From an uncultured Verrucomicrobiae bacterium (GTDB taxonomy: Bacteria; Verrucomicrobiota; Verrucomicrobiia; Chthoniobacterales; JAATET01), in contig CAVRCI010000009.1 in NCBI GenBank assembly GCA_963719495.1, forward strand, positions 128,001 through 192,000: a stretch of DNA of 64,000 nt, in the 5' to 3' direction. A program made the translations under genes and the position numbers. Positions 50,151 through 57,940 of the stretch are shown here, in pieces (position 1 is the first letter of the stretch; each line of letters begins with the position of its first letter). The notes below the pieces were generated by a model. That model was given only the letters and a program-made list of their open reading frames with translations. It was not told where the DNA came from and ran no database searches.

Positions 50151-50271
50151 CTTCCGACCAATCTGTAGCGGCGGTCTGTGACCGCCGGTGCCTTCGCGAT
50201 CAAGGCGCGCCCCATTTTCGTGGAAATCCGGCGGTCACAGACCGCCGCTACATTGGGTTGGGTGCGACCGT

Positions 50272-51372
50272 TCACGACTGCCAGGCTCCCTTGTTGCGCA
50301 GGAGCAGCCAGAGGAAAAACGGCGCGCCGATGATCGCCGTCAGGATGCCGATGGGGAGTTCCGCCGGGGCCGCGACCGTTCGCGCCACGATGTCGGCTCC
50401 GACGAGCAGACTCGCGCCGAGCAACGCCGCGCCCGGCAGCAGAAACCGGTGATCCGGGCCCGCGACCAACCGGACGACGTGCGGCACGACCAACCCGACG
50501 AACCCGATCGCCCCCGACATCGCCACCGCCGCCCCGACCCCGACCGCGGTCAGCACGATCACCGCCCACTTGGCCCGCTTCACGTCGAAGCCGACGTGAC
50601 GGGCTTCCGCCTCGCCGAGCAGCAGCGCGTTGAGCGCCCGCGACCAGATCGGCAGCAGCCCGAGCGTGAGCGCCACGCACGGCAGCGCGAGTCCAACCTT
50701 CCCCCAAGTCGCACCGCCGAGGCTACCAAGACTCCAGAAGGTCACGTCGCGCAACTGATCGTCGGTCGCGAGAAAAACGAGAAAACCCGTGAGCGCCATC
50801 GCCAAAGCCGCAACCGCCACGCCCGCCAACAACATCGTTGCCACGATCACCCGGCCATCGTGCATCGAGAGCAGATAAATCGTCGTCATCGTAACCAGCG
50901 CCCCGACGAACGCCGCCAGCGGCAGCAGCAATGGTCCGAGGATCGCCGGCAAAAGAGCGCGCACCGGATCGCCGAGTACGATCACCGCGACCGCCGCCAA
51001 GGCCGCGCCCGCCGAGACGCCGATGATCCCCGGATCGGCCAAAGGATTGCGGAAAAGTCCCTGCATCGCCGCGCCCGACATCCCAAGCACCGCACCGATC
51101 AAGGCCCCCAGCAAGATACGCGGCAGCCGAATCTGCTCCACCACCGCGCGCACCGTCGGCGAGATCTCCGTCGCGCCCGTCACCCGGCCGGCAACGACCT
51201 CGGCCAGATCGCTCAGCGTCACCGCCATCGGACCCGTCACCAGAGCCGTCGCGATCACGGCGACGAGCAGGCCGACGAGCGCGCCCCATTGCCAGGTCCG
51301 CCGCCGGGTGCGCCGCCGCCAATTCTCGAAAGCCCGATCGGCGGCGTCGACCTCGAGCGCTACCGTCGTCAC
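50272..51372 (-). CDS. hmuU: Heme ABC transporter permease (FecCD family)
   Basis: IRLPR, MQGLFRNPLADPGIIGVS.GA, FWSLGSLG, GEAEARHVG, ELPIGILT. Confidence 0.92.
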   Translation of the reverse strand: MTTVALEVDAADRAFENWRRRTRRRTWQWGALVGLLVAVIATALVTGPMAVTLSDLAEVVAGRVTGATEISPTVRAVVEQIRLPRILLGALIGAVLGMSGAAMQGLFRNPLADPGIIGVSAGAALAAVAVIVLGDPVRALLPAILGPLLLPLAAFVGALVTMTTIYLLSMHDGRVIVATMLLAGVAVAALAMALTGFLVFLATDDQLRDVTFWSLGSLGGATWGKVGLALPCVALTLGLLPIWSRALNALLLGEAEARHVGFDVKRAKWAVIVLTAVGVGAAVAMSGAIGFVGLVVPHVVRLVAGPDHRFLLPGAALLGASLLVGADIVARTVAAPAELPIGILTAIIGAPFFLWLLLRNKGAWQS

Positions 51373-52190
51373 TTCCGAGCCGCCTGCGCCAATTCCAAGG
51401 CGGCTTGGGCCGCGCGCGGTCCCATTCCCAGCAGATACAGATCGTCCATGACGACCACGTTGCCGTCCACGACCGCCGGCGTGCCCGCGAGCGCCGGCAG
51501 GGCTTTCAATTTCTCGAGCCCTCCCAGACCGCCGACCGTGCGCTCGCCGGTGACGACCACGCGAGGCCCGAGCGCGAGGAGCGATTCCGGCGAGACGGGT
51601 TTGTAGCCCTCGTAACTCGAGATGACATTTTCCAAGCCCGCCGCCTCCAGCATCACGTCGGCCGCCGTGTCGGTCCCAGCGGCGAGCAGGACTCCGTCGC
51701 CGCGGCCCATGAGATAGACCGCCTTCAGATTCTCGCCGCCCTTGGTGACGGATCGAGTCCGCTCGACTTCGAATTCGAAGTTTTTCGCCAATTCAGCACC
51801 GGCTTCGGCCAAACCAAGAGCGCCCGCGACGCCGCGGATTTTCTCGGTGATTCCGGCAAGACTCGACTCGTCTGGAGCGACGTAAATTTCCACCCCGGTC
51901 GCGCGCAGTTGCTCCATCACGTTCGGAGGCCCCGCGGCATCCGACGCCAGGATGAGATCCGGCTCGAGCGCCAGCACGCCCTCCGCCGAGAGCGCCCGCA
52001 CGTAGCCGACGTTCGGCAGCTCGCCCGCCGCTTCCGGATACGAGCTCGTCGAGTCCACCGCAACCAGCTTCCCGCCCTCTCCAAGAGCATAGACGATCTC
52101 GGTGATTTCTCCGCCGAGGCTCACGATCCGCTCGGCGGCCTGCGCCGAAGCAGCGCCGACGATCAAAGTTGCCAGAACAATGGTTCTCAC
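51369..52190 (-). CDS. hmuT: Heme ABC transporter periplasmic binding protein
   Basis: RIVSLGGEITEIVYALG, VDSTS.YP, VGYVRALSAEGVLAL; GTG overlaps the hemS stop. Confidence 0.9.
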   Translation of the reverse strand: MRTIVLATLIVGAASAQAAERIVSLGGEITEIVYALGEGGKLVAVDSTSSYPEAAGELPNVGYVRALSAEGVLALEPDLILASDAAGPPNVMEQLRATGVEIYVAPDESSLAGITEKIRGVAGALGLAEAGAELAKNFEFEVERTRSVTKGGENLKAVYLMGRGDGVLLAAGTDTAADVMLEAAGLENVISSYEGYKPVSPESLLALGPRVVVTGERTVGGLGGLEKLKALPALAGTPAVVDGNVVVMDDLYLLGMGPRAAQAALELAQAARK

Positions 52191-53230
52191 GAGAGACCCT
52201 CCGCGAGTTCGCGCCAGCCACCGTCCTCGACCTCGCCCGGCTTCCGTTTGCCAAAGATCAGCGCGATATTCCCGCCGTCGGCATCGTAAAGCTCCACCGC
52301 CGTCACGACGCCGTCGCGCGTCGGCTTCCGCACGCGCCACGCCGAGGCCACTCCGGAATCCCGGAGGTGGAGATTGAACTCCGGATCCAGCACGTTGGTC
52401 CAATCCTTGAAGGGCTGGATGTTCGACACCGTCCCGGTGTGAATCTGGAGACAGCCCCGGTTGCCGACGAAGACCATGATTGGAAGCTCGCTTGCCGCCG
52501 CGGCGCGCAGGATCGTGCCGGTCACGTCCGTCGGGAGCGGCTCGGCAAATTCCTCGCCCACGAGGCGCAACGCCTGCACCCGACCGACACTGAATTTTTT
52601 CAGTAAGCTGAAAAATTCGTGCGTGTCCTGCAATCCGCGCCAAGCCTCGCGCAACCCTTCGAGGTCGATCTCGCCGTCCGGCCGGTCGACCTCCGCTTCC
52701 GGCGACGGCTCGGCGTCGAACGTCGGCGACTGGTCATCGGCCTTGCGATCGGCGATCAACGCGTCGAACGCCGCGCGGTCGCTGTCATCCTCGAGGAAGA
52801 CCTTGTGCATCGCGGAGCCATCCGAGCCGAAAATCTGAATGCTGTCGTTCGCACCGGTCGCGTCGTCTTTGCGGACCGCGAAGGCCGTCGTCCACTGACG
52901 CGGAAAGAGCCGCAGGTCGATGTCCGGACCCACAACCTGCCCCATCGCCCCACCGGCGAAGAAACCAATCTCGCGAAAATGCCCGTTGCGCTCGTGCACG
53001 GCGTGCTCGTTCCGCGTGAGACACATGACGTAACCAAGCGTTTTGCAGGCGTCGAGCAGCTCATCCCACTCGGGCTCGAGCCGCGTGACGTGTTCGCCGC
53101 ATCCGGTCGCGAGGAGGGCGGCTTCGCTGGTGCCCAGGCGGGCGGCGACGTCGCGGATGCGGAGCCGGGGTTCGGCGGCACGGAGCGCCGACCATTTTTC
53201 GGAGAGTTCGTTTTCGATGGTTGGGTTCAT
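52187..53230 (-). CDS. hemS: Hemin degradation/storage protein (HemS/HmuS/ChuS family)
   Basis: RIRDVA..LG.SEA.L, LTRNEHAVHE, IDLRLF, DTHEFF, IMVFVGNRGCLQIHTG, FNLHLR. Confidence 0.93.
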   Translation of the reverse strand: MNPTIENELSEKWSALRAAEPRLRIRDVAARLGTSEAALLATGCGEHVTRLEPEWDELLDACKTLGYVMCLTRNEHAVHERNGHFREIGFFAGGAMGQVVGPDIDLRLFPRQWTTAFAVRKDDATGANDSIQIFGSDGSAMHKVFLEDDSDRAAFDALIADRKADDQSPTFDAEPSPEAEVDRPDGEIDLEGLREAWRGLQDTHEFFSLLKKFSVGRVQALRLVGEEFAEPLPTDVTGTILRAAAASELPIMVFVGNRGCLQIHTGTVSNIQPFKDWTNVLDPEFNLHLRDSGVASAWRVRKPTRDGVVTAVELYDADGGNIALIFGKRKPGEVEDGGWRELAEGLS

Positions 53231-53235
53231 GAGAT

Positions 53236-54045
53236 CTATTGAGCGGTGATGGTGAAGTTTGGGTTGTCCGCGTCGGCGGCCTGGATCGACCAGCGGCGCA
53301 TGTCCTGGAGCTGATCTTCGTCGAGGAGTTCGGTGTGACCGTCGAGCATCACGGTGACGGCGCGCTTTCCGTAGCGAAGGTCGATGAACCCGAACGCGGC
53401 GGCGGATTGCTCCTCCTCCCAGGTATTCGCCCAGCGGCGGCTGCTGAAAAACGGCGACTGGACCCGGTAATTCCCGATCTTCCCCGGCTCGCTCCGGGCC
53501 GAGGCGAAGACGATCAGCTTGGACGGATTGGAGACCTGCACCATCCGGGTCGCGCAGAAATTACCGACAACATCGAGAGCCCTCGGGATCGGCTTGAGGT
53601 CGCTGCCGTTGCCGAAGTCTCCGCCGACGAACGTGACGTTCATCCCGAGATTCGGCGAGATGCTGGCCGCGTAGTAGGAGTCGGTCGTTTCGCTCCGCAC
53701 GTCGTTTCCGGTCAGGATGAGCGCGCTCTCGTCGTATTCCACGTAGGGAGCGAGGCGCCACGGGTAGCGGGCACTGGCCGGCCAGTGAATGAGATTGCCC
53801 GCGGCATCCCGCGCGTCGGTGCCCGCGGGTGCGTAGCCTGCCATGAGGTGGCCGTCGTTCTCAGCCGCGTGGAGTTGATACCCAACGATCAGTTTGCGCC
53901 CCGCGGAAATCTCCTGCGCCTTGAGCCCTTCGTTCTGCAGCCGCCCGACGACCGGCACGGTCACCACGGCCAGCACGGCGAGGATCGCGGTCACAGCAAG
54001 GACCTCGATCAGCGTGAAGGCTCGGTCTCGATCAAATCCGCGCAC
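53236..54045 (-). CDS. Prepilin-type N-methylation protein of the PVC H-X9-DG (DUF1559-like) class
   Basis: RAFTLIEVLAVTAILAVLAVV; C-terminal DLRYGKRAVTVMLDGH. Confidence 0.85.
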   Translation of the reverse strand: MRGFDRDRAFTLIEVLAVTAILAVLAVVTVPVVGRLQNEGLKAQEISAGRKLIVGYQLHAAENDGHLMAGYAPAGTDARDAAGNLIHWPASARYPWRLAPYVEYDESALILTGNDVRSETTDSYYAASISPNLGMNVTFVGGDFGNGSDLKPIPRALDVVGNFCATRMVQVSNPSKLIVFASARSEPGKIGNYRVQSPFFSSRRWANTWEEEQSAAAFGFIDLRYGKRAVTVMLDGHTELLDEDQLQDMRRWSIQAADADNPNFTITAQ

Positions 54046-54952
54046 GTCGCCACCTCCCCAAGAGAAACAGCCCCGCCAGGCCAACCAGAGCGATCACCGA
54101 GGGCTCCGGCACGGCCGTGAGGTCGCCCGAAAGACGTCCCGCCAATCCGAGCGAGCGATCGTTCTGATGAAAGAAATCGTCCTTCGTGTAGAACGACGGA
54201 AATCCCGACCCCGCCATCTGGCTCGTCGCCGAGATCCCGGTCACCATCAGGTCCAGCGAACCCGCGTTCAACGCGTCCTGGACGTAGGCCAGGATGAACG
54301 GATCGCTCAGCTCGAGATCGAACGTCATCACCGAGTCGATCGGCACCAAGCTCCCCGGCGTCACCATCGAGATCTGACCGATCGCCCAAGGGCTGACCTC
54401 GAACCCATCGCGGACGTTGTTGGAAACATCCCCGAGCGTCCCGGCTCCGTCGAATCCGGCCGCGAACGCGTCCCGCGTCCGCTCGGCCCCCGTCCCCGAG
54501 CCGGTGGTGAACGGAGACGATTCGTTGAAGGTCGCCGCCGTCGTGCCATTTCGATACCCGGTGCCGAAGAGCTCGATCGGCCGACCCGAGTCGGCGTCCG
54601 TCATCGGATCGAGGTAAGTCCCCAACGCGTCCCGCGTCGGGTCGTAGACGAATTGGTTGTCGACGTTCACCGTGATCGCCAGCCGCAGCGAAGAGACGCC
54701 GTAATTGGACGCGCCCAACCCGGCGGCCGCGATGCCCGTGGTATCGAACCGCAGGAAATACTGCGCGTCCCGGTCGTCGAAGCCGGACTCGCCAGCGGCT
54801 CCGAAGACCGACGCCCCGGAGCGAGTGCCGGGCGTTTGGTTGAACGGATACATCCACCGGTCGCCGGCGGGTTCGTCGATTTGAAAAGGCGCCGCCCACG
54901 CCGCGCCACCGCAGAGGGTGAGGGTCAGGATCGCCGGAAGACGGAATTTCAT
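54032..54952 (-). CDS. PEP-CTERM surface protein
   Basis: Signal peptide; C-terminal VPEPSVIALVGLAGLFLLGRWRR. Confidence 0.9.
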   Translation of the reverse strand: MKFRLPAILTLTLCGGAAWAAPFQIDEPAGDRWMYPFNQTPGTRSGASVFGAAGESGFDDRDAQYFLRFDTTGIAAAGLGASNYGVSSLRLAITVNVDNQFVYDPTRDALGTYLDPMTDADSGRPIELFGTGYRNGTTAATFNESSPFTTGSGTGAERTRDAFAAGFDGAGTLGDVSNNVRDGFEVSPWAIGQISMVTPGSLVPIDSVMTFDLELSDPFILAYVQDALNAGSLDLMVTGISATSQMAGSGFPSFYTKDDFFHQNDRSLGLAGRLSGDLTAVPEPSVIALVGLAGLFLLGRWRRARI

Positions 54953-54982
54953 GGCGGCGAAGGTAGCTGCCTCTCCGCCGCG

Positions 54983-55082
54983 CCGCTAACGGTGGCTTGC
55001 GAAGCTTTGACGCTTCCTTGCGGTCCGAGATCGACCCGCCAGCGCAAGGCGACGCTAACCTTCCGCAAGCGTCCGTTAGCGG
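54983..55082. repeat. About 100-bp imperfect inverted repeat between the divergent PEP-CTERM genes
   Basis: CCGCTAACGG..GCTTGCGAAG...CCTTGCG...CGCAAGG...CTTCCGCAAGC..CCGTTAGCGG. Confidence 0.75.
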
Positions 55083-55115
55083 GATTCCCGGGACTTCGGC
55101 AGACTCCGCCGCATC

Positions 55116-55856
55116 ATGTTCAAAAGCCGACCCGTCGCCATCGCCATCAGTCTTCTCGCCGTGACCACCGCCGCCCACGCAACACCGCTCGGGCTCAGTT
55201 CCGACCCGATGGGCGATGCCTGGGACCGCGGCGACGCCAACACCGCATTCGGCACTTGGGATCATTTCGCGAGCTACACGTTCTCCAACCTCGCCGCTGA
55301 CTCAGCCAGCGGATTCGCCAGCCTCGGGCTCGACCAGTCGACCACCCTCACCGGGAACCCGGGCAGCGACCAGGGAGCAGGCACCTACGATTCGTTCGCC
55401 GGTTTTAGCGGCTCCCCGGGCACCGACCTCCTCTACAACGGCAACCGCAACACCAACTTCTCCGTCGACGGCACCACCGCGTTCGCCATCAAAGGCTTTA
55501 CGCTCCAGGTCAAACAAACGCTCAGCCAAGCGTCGCTCGGTGGATCGGTGACTCCGACGCTGAACGGGATCGCCGCTGATGGCTTCACGACGACGTCCGG
55601 CACCGGCGACACCACCAGTCCCGGCGGGGACTACAGCGTGACGACCTGGAATTGGGGTGATTCGCTCGCCGCGACCTCGAGCACAACGTTCACTTTGGCA
55701 ATCACGCCAACCAGCACCCGGACCGCCTTCGACAGCATCGTCGTCGACGCCGGCCCGGTCGCCGCCGTCCCCGAGCCCGGTGTCGTCGCGCTTCTGGCGC
55801 TGGGCGCTCTCGCTCTGCTGGTGAGCCGGCGGTTTCGACGCCAGACAACGGTCTGA
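55116..55856 (+). CDS. PEP-CTERM surface protein
   Basis: Signal peptide ending AHA; C-terminal VPEPGVVALLALGALALLVSRRFRR. Confidence 0.9.
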   Translation: MFKSRPVAIAISLLAVTTAAHATPLGLSSDPMGDAWDRGDANTAFGTWDHFASYTFSNLAADSASGFASLGLDQSTTLTGNPGSDQGAGTYDSFAGFSGSPGTDLLYNGNRNTNFSVDGTTAFAIKGFTLQVKQTLSQASLGGSVTPTLNGIAADGFTTTSGTGDTTSPGGDYSVTTWNWGDSLAATSSTTFTLAITPTSTRTAFDSIVVDAGPVAAVPEPGVVALLALGALALLVSRRFRRQTTV

Positions 55857-55858
55857 GT

Positions 55859-55970
55859 TCAGCCGACCCGATTCCCGACGTAGATCCCGGCCCCGTCCCG
55901 ATTCTCGGCGCGGGCCGGCGCGCCGCCGACAACCCCGTCATTCTCCACGTCCGACGCCACGACGGAATGC
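55859..55970 (-). pseudogene. 3' fragment of a serine-acetyltransferase-like gene (homolog of 59547..60137)
   Basis: AHSVVASDVENDGVVGGAPARAENRDGAGIYVGNRVG* versus AHAVVTADVENDAVVGGAPARVLNRDGAGVYVGNRVG*. Confidence 0.8.
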
Positions 55971-56105
55971 GCTGGGGTCGGCGCTGGGGTCGCGCTGGGG
56001 TCGTCGCGCTGGGGTCGGCGCTGGGGTCGGTCCATACCTTTGTCACGTGGCATTAGTATGGACAGACCCTTTTTCATACCTGTGAGGGGTCGGTGAGGGG
56101 TCAGG
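55969..56105. repeat. GGGGTC repeat cluster and hairpin at the IS110 left junction
   Basis: GCGCTGGGGTC x5; GGGTC-GGTCCATAC...GTATGGAC-AGACCC hairpin; TGTGAGGGGTCGGT, also present at 57725. Confidence 0.8.
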
Positions 56106-56185
56106 CGGCATGAAAGGCTGATGAATAGAGCGTTGCTGGGAAGTGGGGCCCGGAGAGCCTGATAAAATGAATGGTGTAGGTTGGG

Positions 56186-57397
56186 GTGATGAAAACCCAA
56201 CCAAAAAGCCTACCGACGGAATCGAGCTTCATTGGCATCGATTATCACAAGCGATACAGCGTCTATTGCGTGGTTGATGGCCACGGCGAGGTGCTCGGCC
56301 AAGGGCGCATCGAGCACGCGATCAGCGGAGATTTTGGGCGGCTCGTCGAGCGGTGGCCGGGGTGCCGGATCGTCTTCGAAGCGAGCATGAACTGGCACTG
56401 GCTCTACGAGATTCTCGAGCAGGTGATGCCCGCCGAGAACATCGTGTTGGCCAACCCGTTTAAGACGCGGATCATCGCCGAGGCCCAAATCAAGACCGAT
56501 AAGATCGACGCCCGAGCGTTGGCCAATCTGTTGCGGGCCAATTTGATTTCGAGCGTCCACATCCCCAGTCGCGAGACCCGCGACATCAAGAACGTGCTGC
56601 GCCAGCGCTGTTTCTTCGTGCGCCAACGCACGATGCTGCGCAACCGCATCCACCGGTTACTTGGTGGGCAGCACGAACTTAAACTTCCTGTCTGCAGCGA
56701 CCTCTTCGGCAAGAAGGGACTGAGTTTTCTGGAGAAGCTCGAGTTGCCCGAACCAGCAGGCATGCTCCTGACCCAGCAACTCGCCCTCCACAACGAGTTG
56801 GTCGCTCGCATCCGCCAAGACGAGGCAGCGCTCAAAGATCTCATGAGCCAAAGCCCCGAGCTCACCCACGTCTGCAGTCTCCCCGGGATGGGACCCATCC
56901 TCGCCGCGGTTGTCGTCGCCGAGATCGACGACATCTCGCGCTTTGCCTCCGCGCAGAAGCTCTGCGGCTACGCGGGACTCTGCCCGGCGACGAGCAGCAG
57001 CGGCGGTAAGACCTACCACGGACGCCTGCTGCCCCAGTGCAACAAGTGGCTGCGTTGGGCCTTCGTCGAGGCCGCCTGGGTAGCCGTTGGCTGCTCGCCC
57101 TACTTCGGCGACTACTACAAAAACAAACGCGCTCACGGCAAGAAAGCCAACACCGCCATTCTGGCCACCGCCCGCCGGATGGCCCGAATCACCTGGAGCC
57201 TCTTGACCCAGGGGCGTTCCTACACGAACTTTCCTGAATCCCAAAAGCTCCGAAGCCAGCGCCGTGACGCGGACGGGCAAACGCCTTCCCGATCCGGCCT
57301 GGCCAAGGAAAAAATTGAAGACATGAAAACCCCGAAAACACGCCAGGGACGCAAACGTCGATCTTCTCGAAAACAATTTCCCCAGCCGCTCCAATGA
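56186..57397 (+). CDS. IS110-family DEDD recombinase/transposase
   Basis: GIDYHK (D), VFEAS (E), KTDKIDA (DD), SLPGMG, YAGLCP..SSSGG (catalytic Ser region), LRWAFVEAA. Confidence 0.95.
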   Translation: MMKTQPKSLPTESSFIGIDYHKRYSVYCVVDGHGEVLGQGRIEHAISGDFGRLVERWPGCRIVFEASMNWHWLYEILEQVMPAENIVLANPFKTRIIAEAQIKTDKIDARALANLLRANLISSVHIPSRETRDIKNVLRQRCFFVRQRTMLRNRIHRLLGGQHELKLPVCSDLFGKKGLSFLEKLELPEPAGMLLTQQLALHNELVARIRQDEAALKDLMSQSPELTHVCSLPGMGPILAAVVVAEIDDISRFASAQKLCGYAGLCPATSSSGGKTYHGRLLPQCNKWLRWAFVEAAWVAVGCSPYFGDYYKNKRAHGKKANTAILATARRMARITWSLLTQGRSYTNFPESQKLRSQRRDADGQTPSRSGLAKEKIEDMKTPKTRQGRKRRSSRKQFPQPLQ

Positions 57398-57399
57398 AC

Positions 57400-57690
57400 G
57401 ACTGGTTGGTCGCTAAGTCTTAGCACTTAGTCGGCGCACCTTGGGTCAGGATGGAGGGCTGGGGATCTGATCGCCACAATGGATGGGGGCCAGAAGTGCC
57501 CGCCCCGCAGAGAAGTGTGATTCCAGCATCGCTATCGTCCCAAGTTTACAGGCTCCTTCCCTTAATGTAAGAGCCCGCGCTTTTCCCTGCCCTGATGGTC
57601 ACCCATTGGGCGCTTTCTTCTGCGTCCCATGCCCCACTCGGTCCAAGAACCCTCTAAATTAGACCCTTGACAGCCCTTCGACCCTTTTTT
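57400..57690 (+). ncRNA. Candidate IS110 bridge/seek RNA in the long right non-coding end
   Basis: About 300-bp non-coding end containing GGGTCAGG (57443-57450, identical to left target + core) and CAGAGAAG (57508-57515, 7/8 to the right-end donor CAGAGAGG). Confidence 0.5.
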
Positions 57691-57696
57691 CAGAGA

Positions 57697-57764
57697 GGTC
57701 ATTCATATGGACACATTTCGGGCGTGTGAGGGGTCGGTCATTCATATGGACACATTTCGGGCGT
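57697..57764. repeat. 29-bp direct repeat pair at the IS110 right junction
   Basis: GGTCATTCATATGGACACATTTCGGGCGT at 57697-57725 and 57736-57764. Confidence 0.9.
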
Positions 57765-57940
57765 TCAGCGAACACCTGCCGCTCCAGAACACGCCCTCTG
57801 ATGAAACAAAATGAACGACCGACGCCGTTGCTTCCGGATGACGGAAGCAGGCGTGATCATCGAATCCCGACCGGACGGACGGGAGGCACCGCCGCGAGGC
57901 GCGGCCGACCAATGCATCCACGCGAAACCCAACCGCAGAC

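Larger units (their letters stand above)
56104..57698 (+). mobile_element. IS110-family insertion sequence (ends inferred; GG core at both junctions)
   Basis: Removing the element restores GAGGGGTCAGG-TCATTCATATGGAC, matching the neighbouring repeat unit at 57725-57764; TTGACA lies near the right end. Confidence 0.7.

Noticed and set aside
57697..57764. 29-bp direct repeats as a mini CRISPR array
   Set aside because: Only two copies with a 10-nt spacer and no cas genes; explained as the IS110 target repeat
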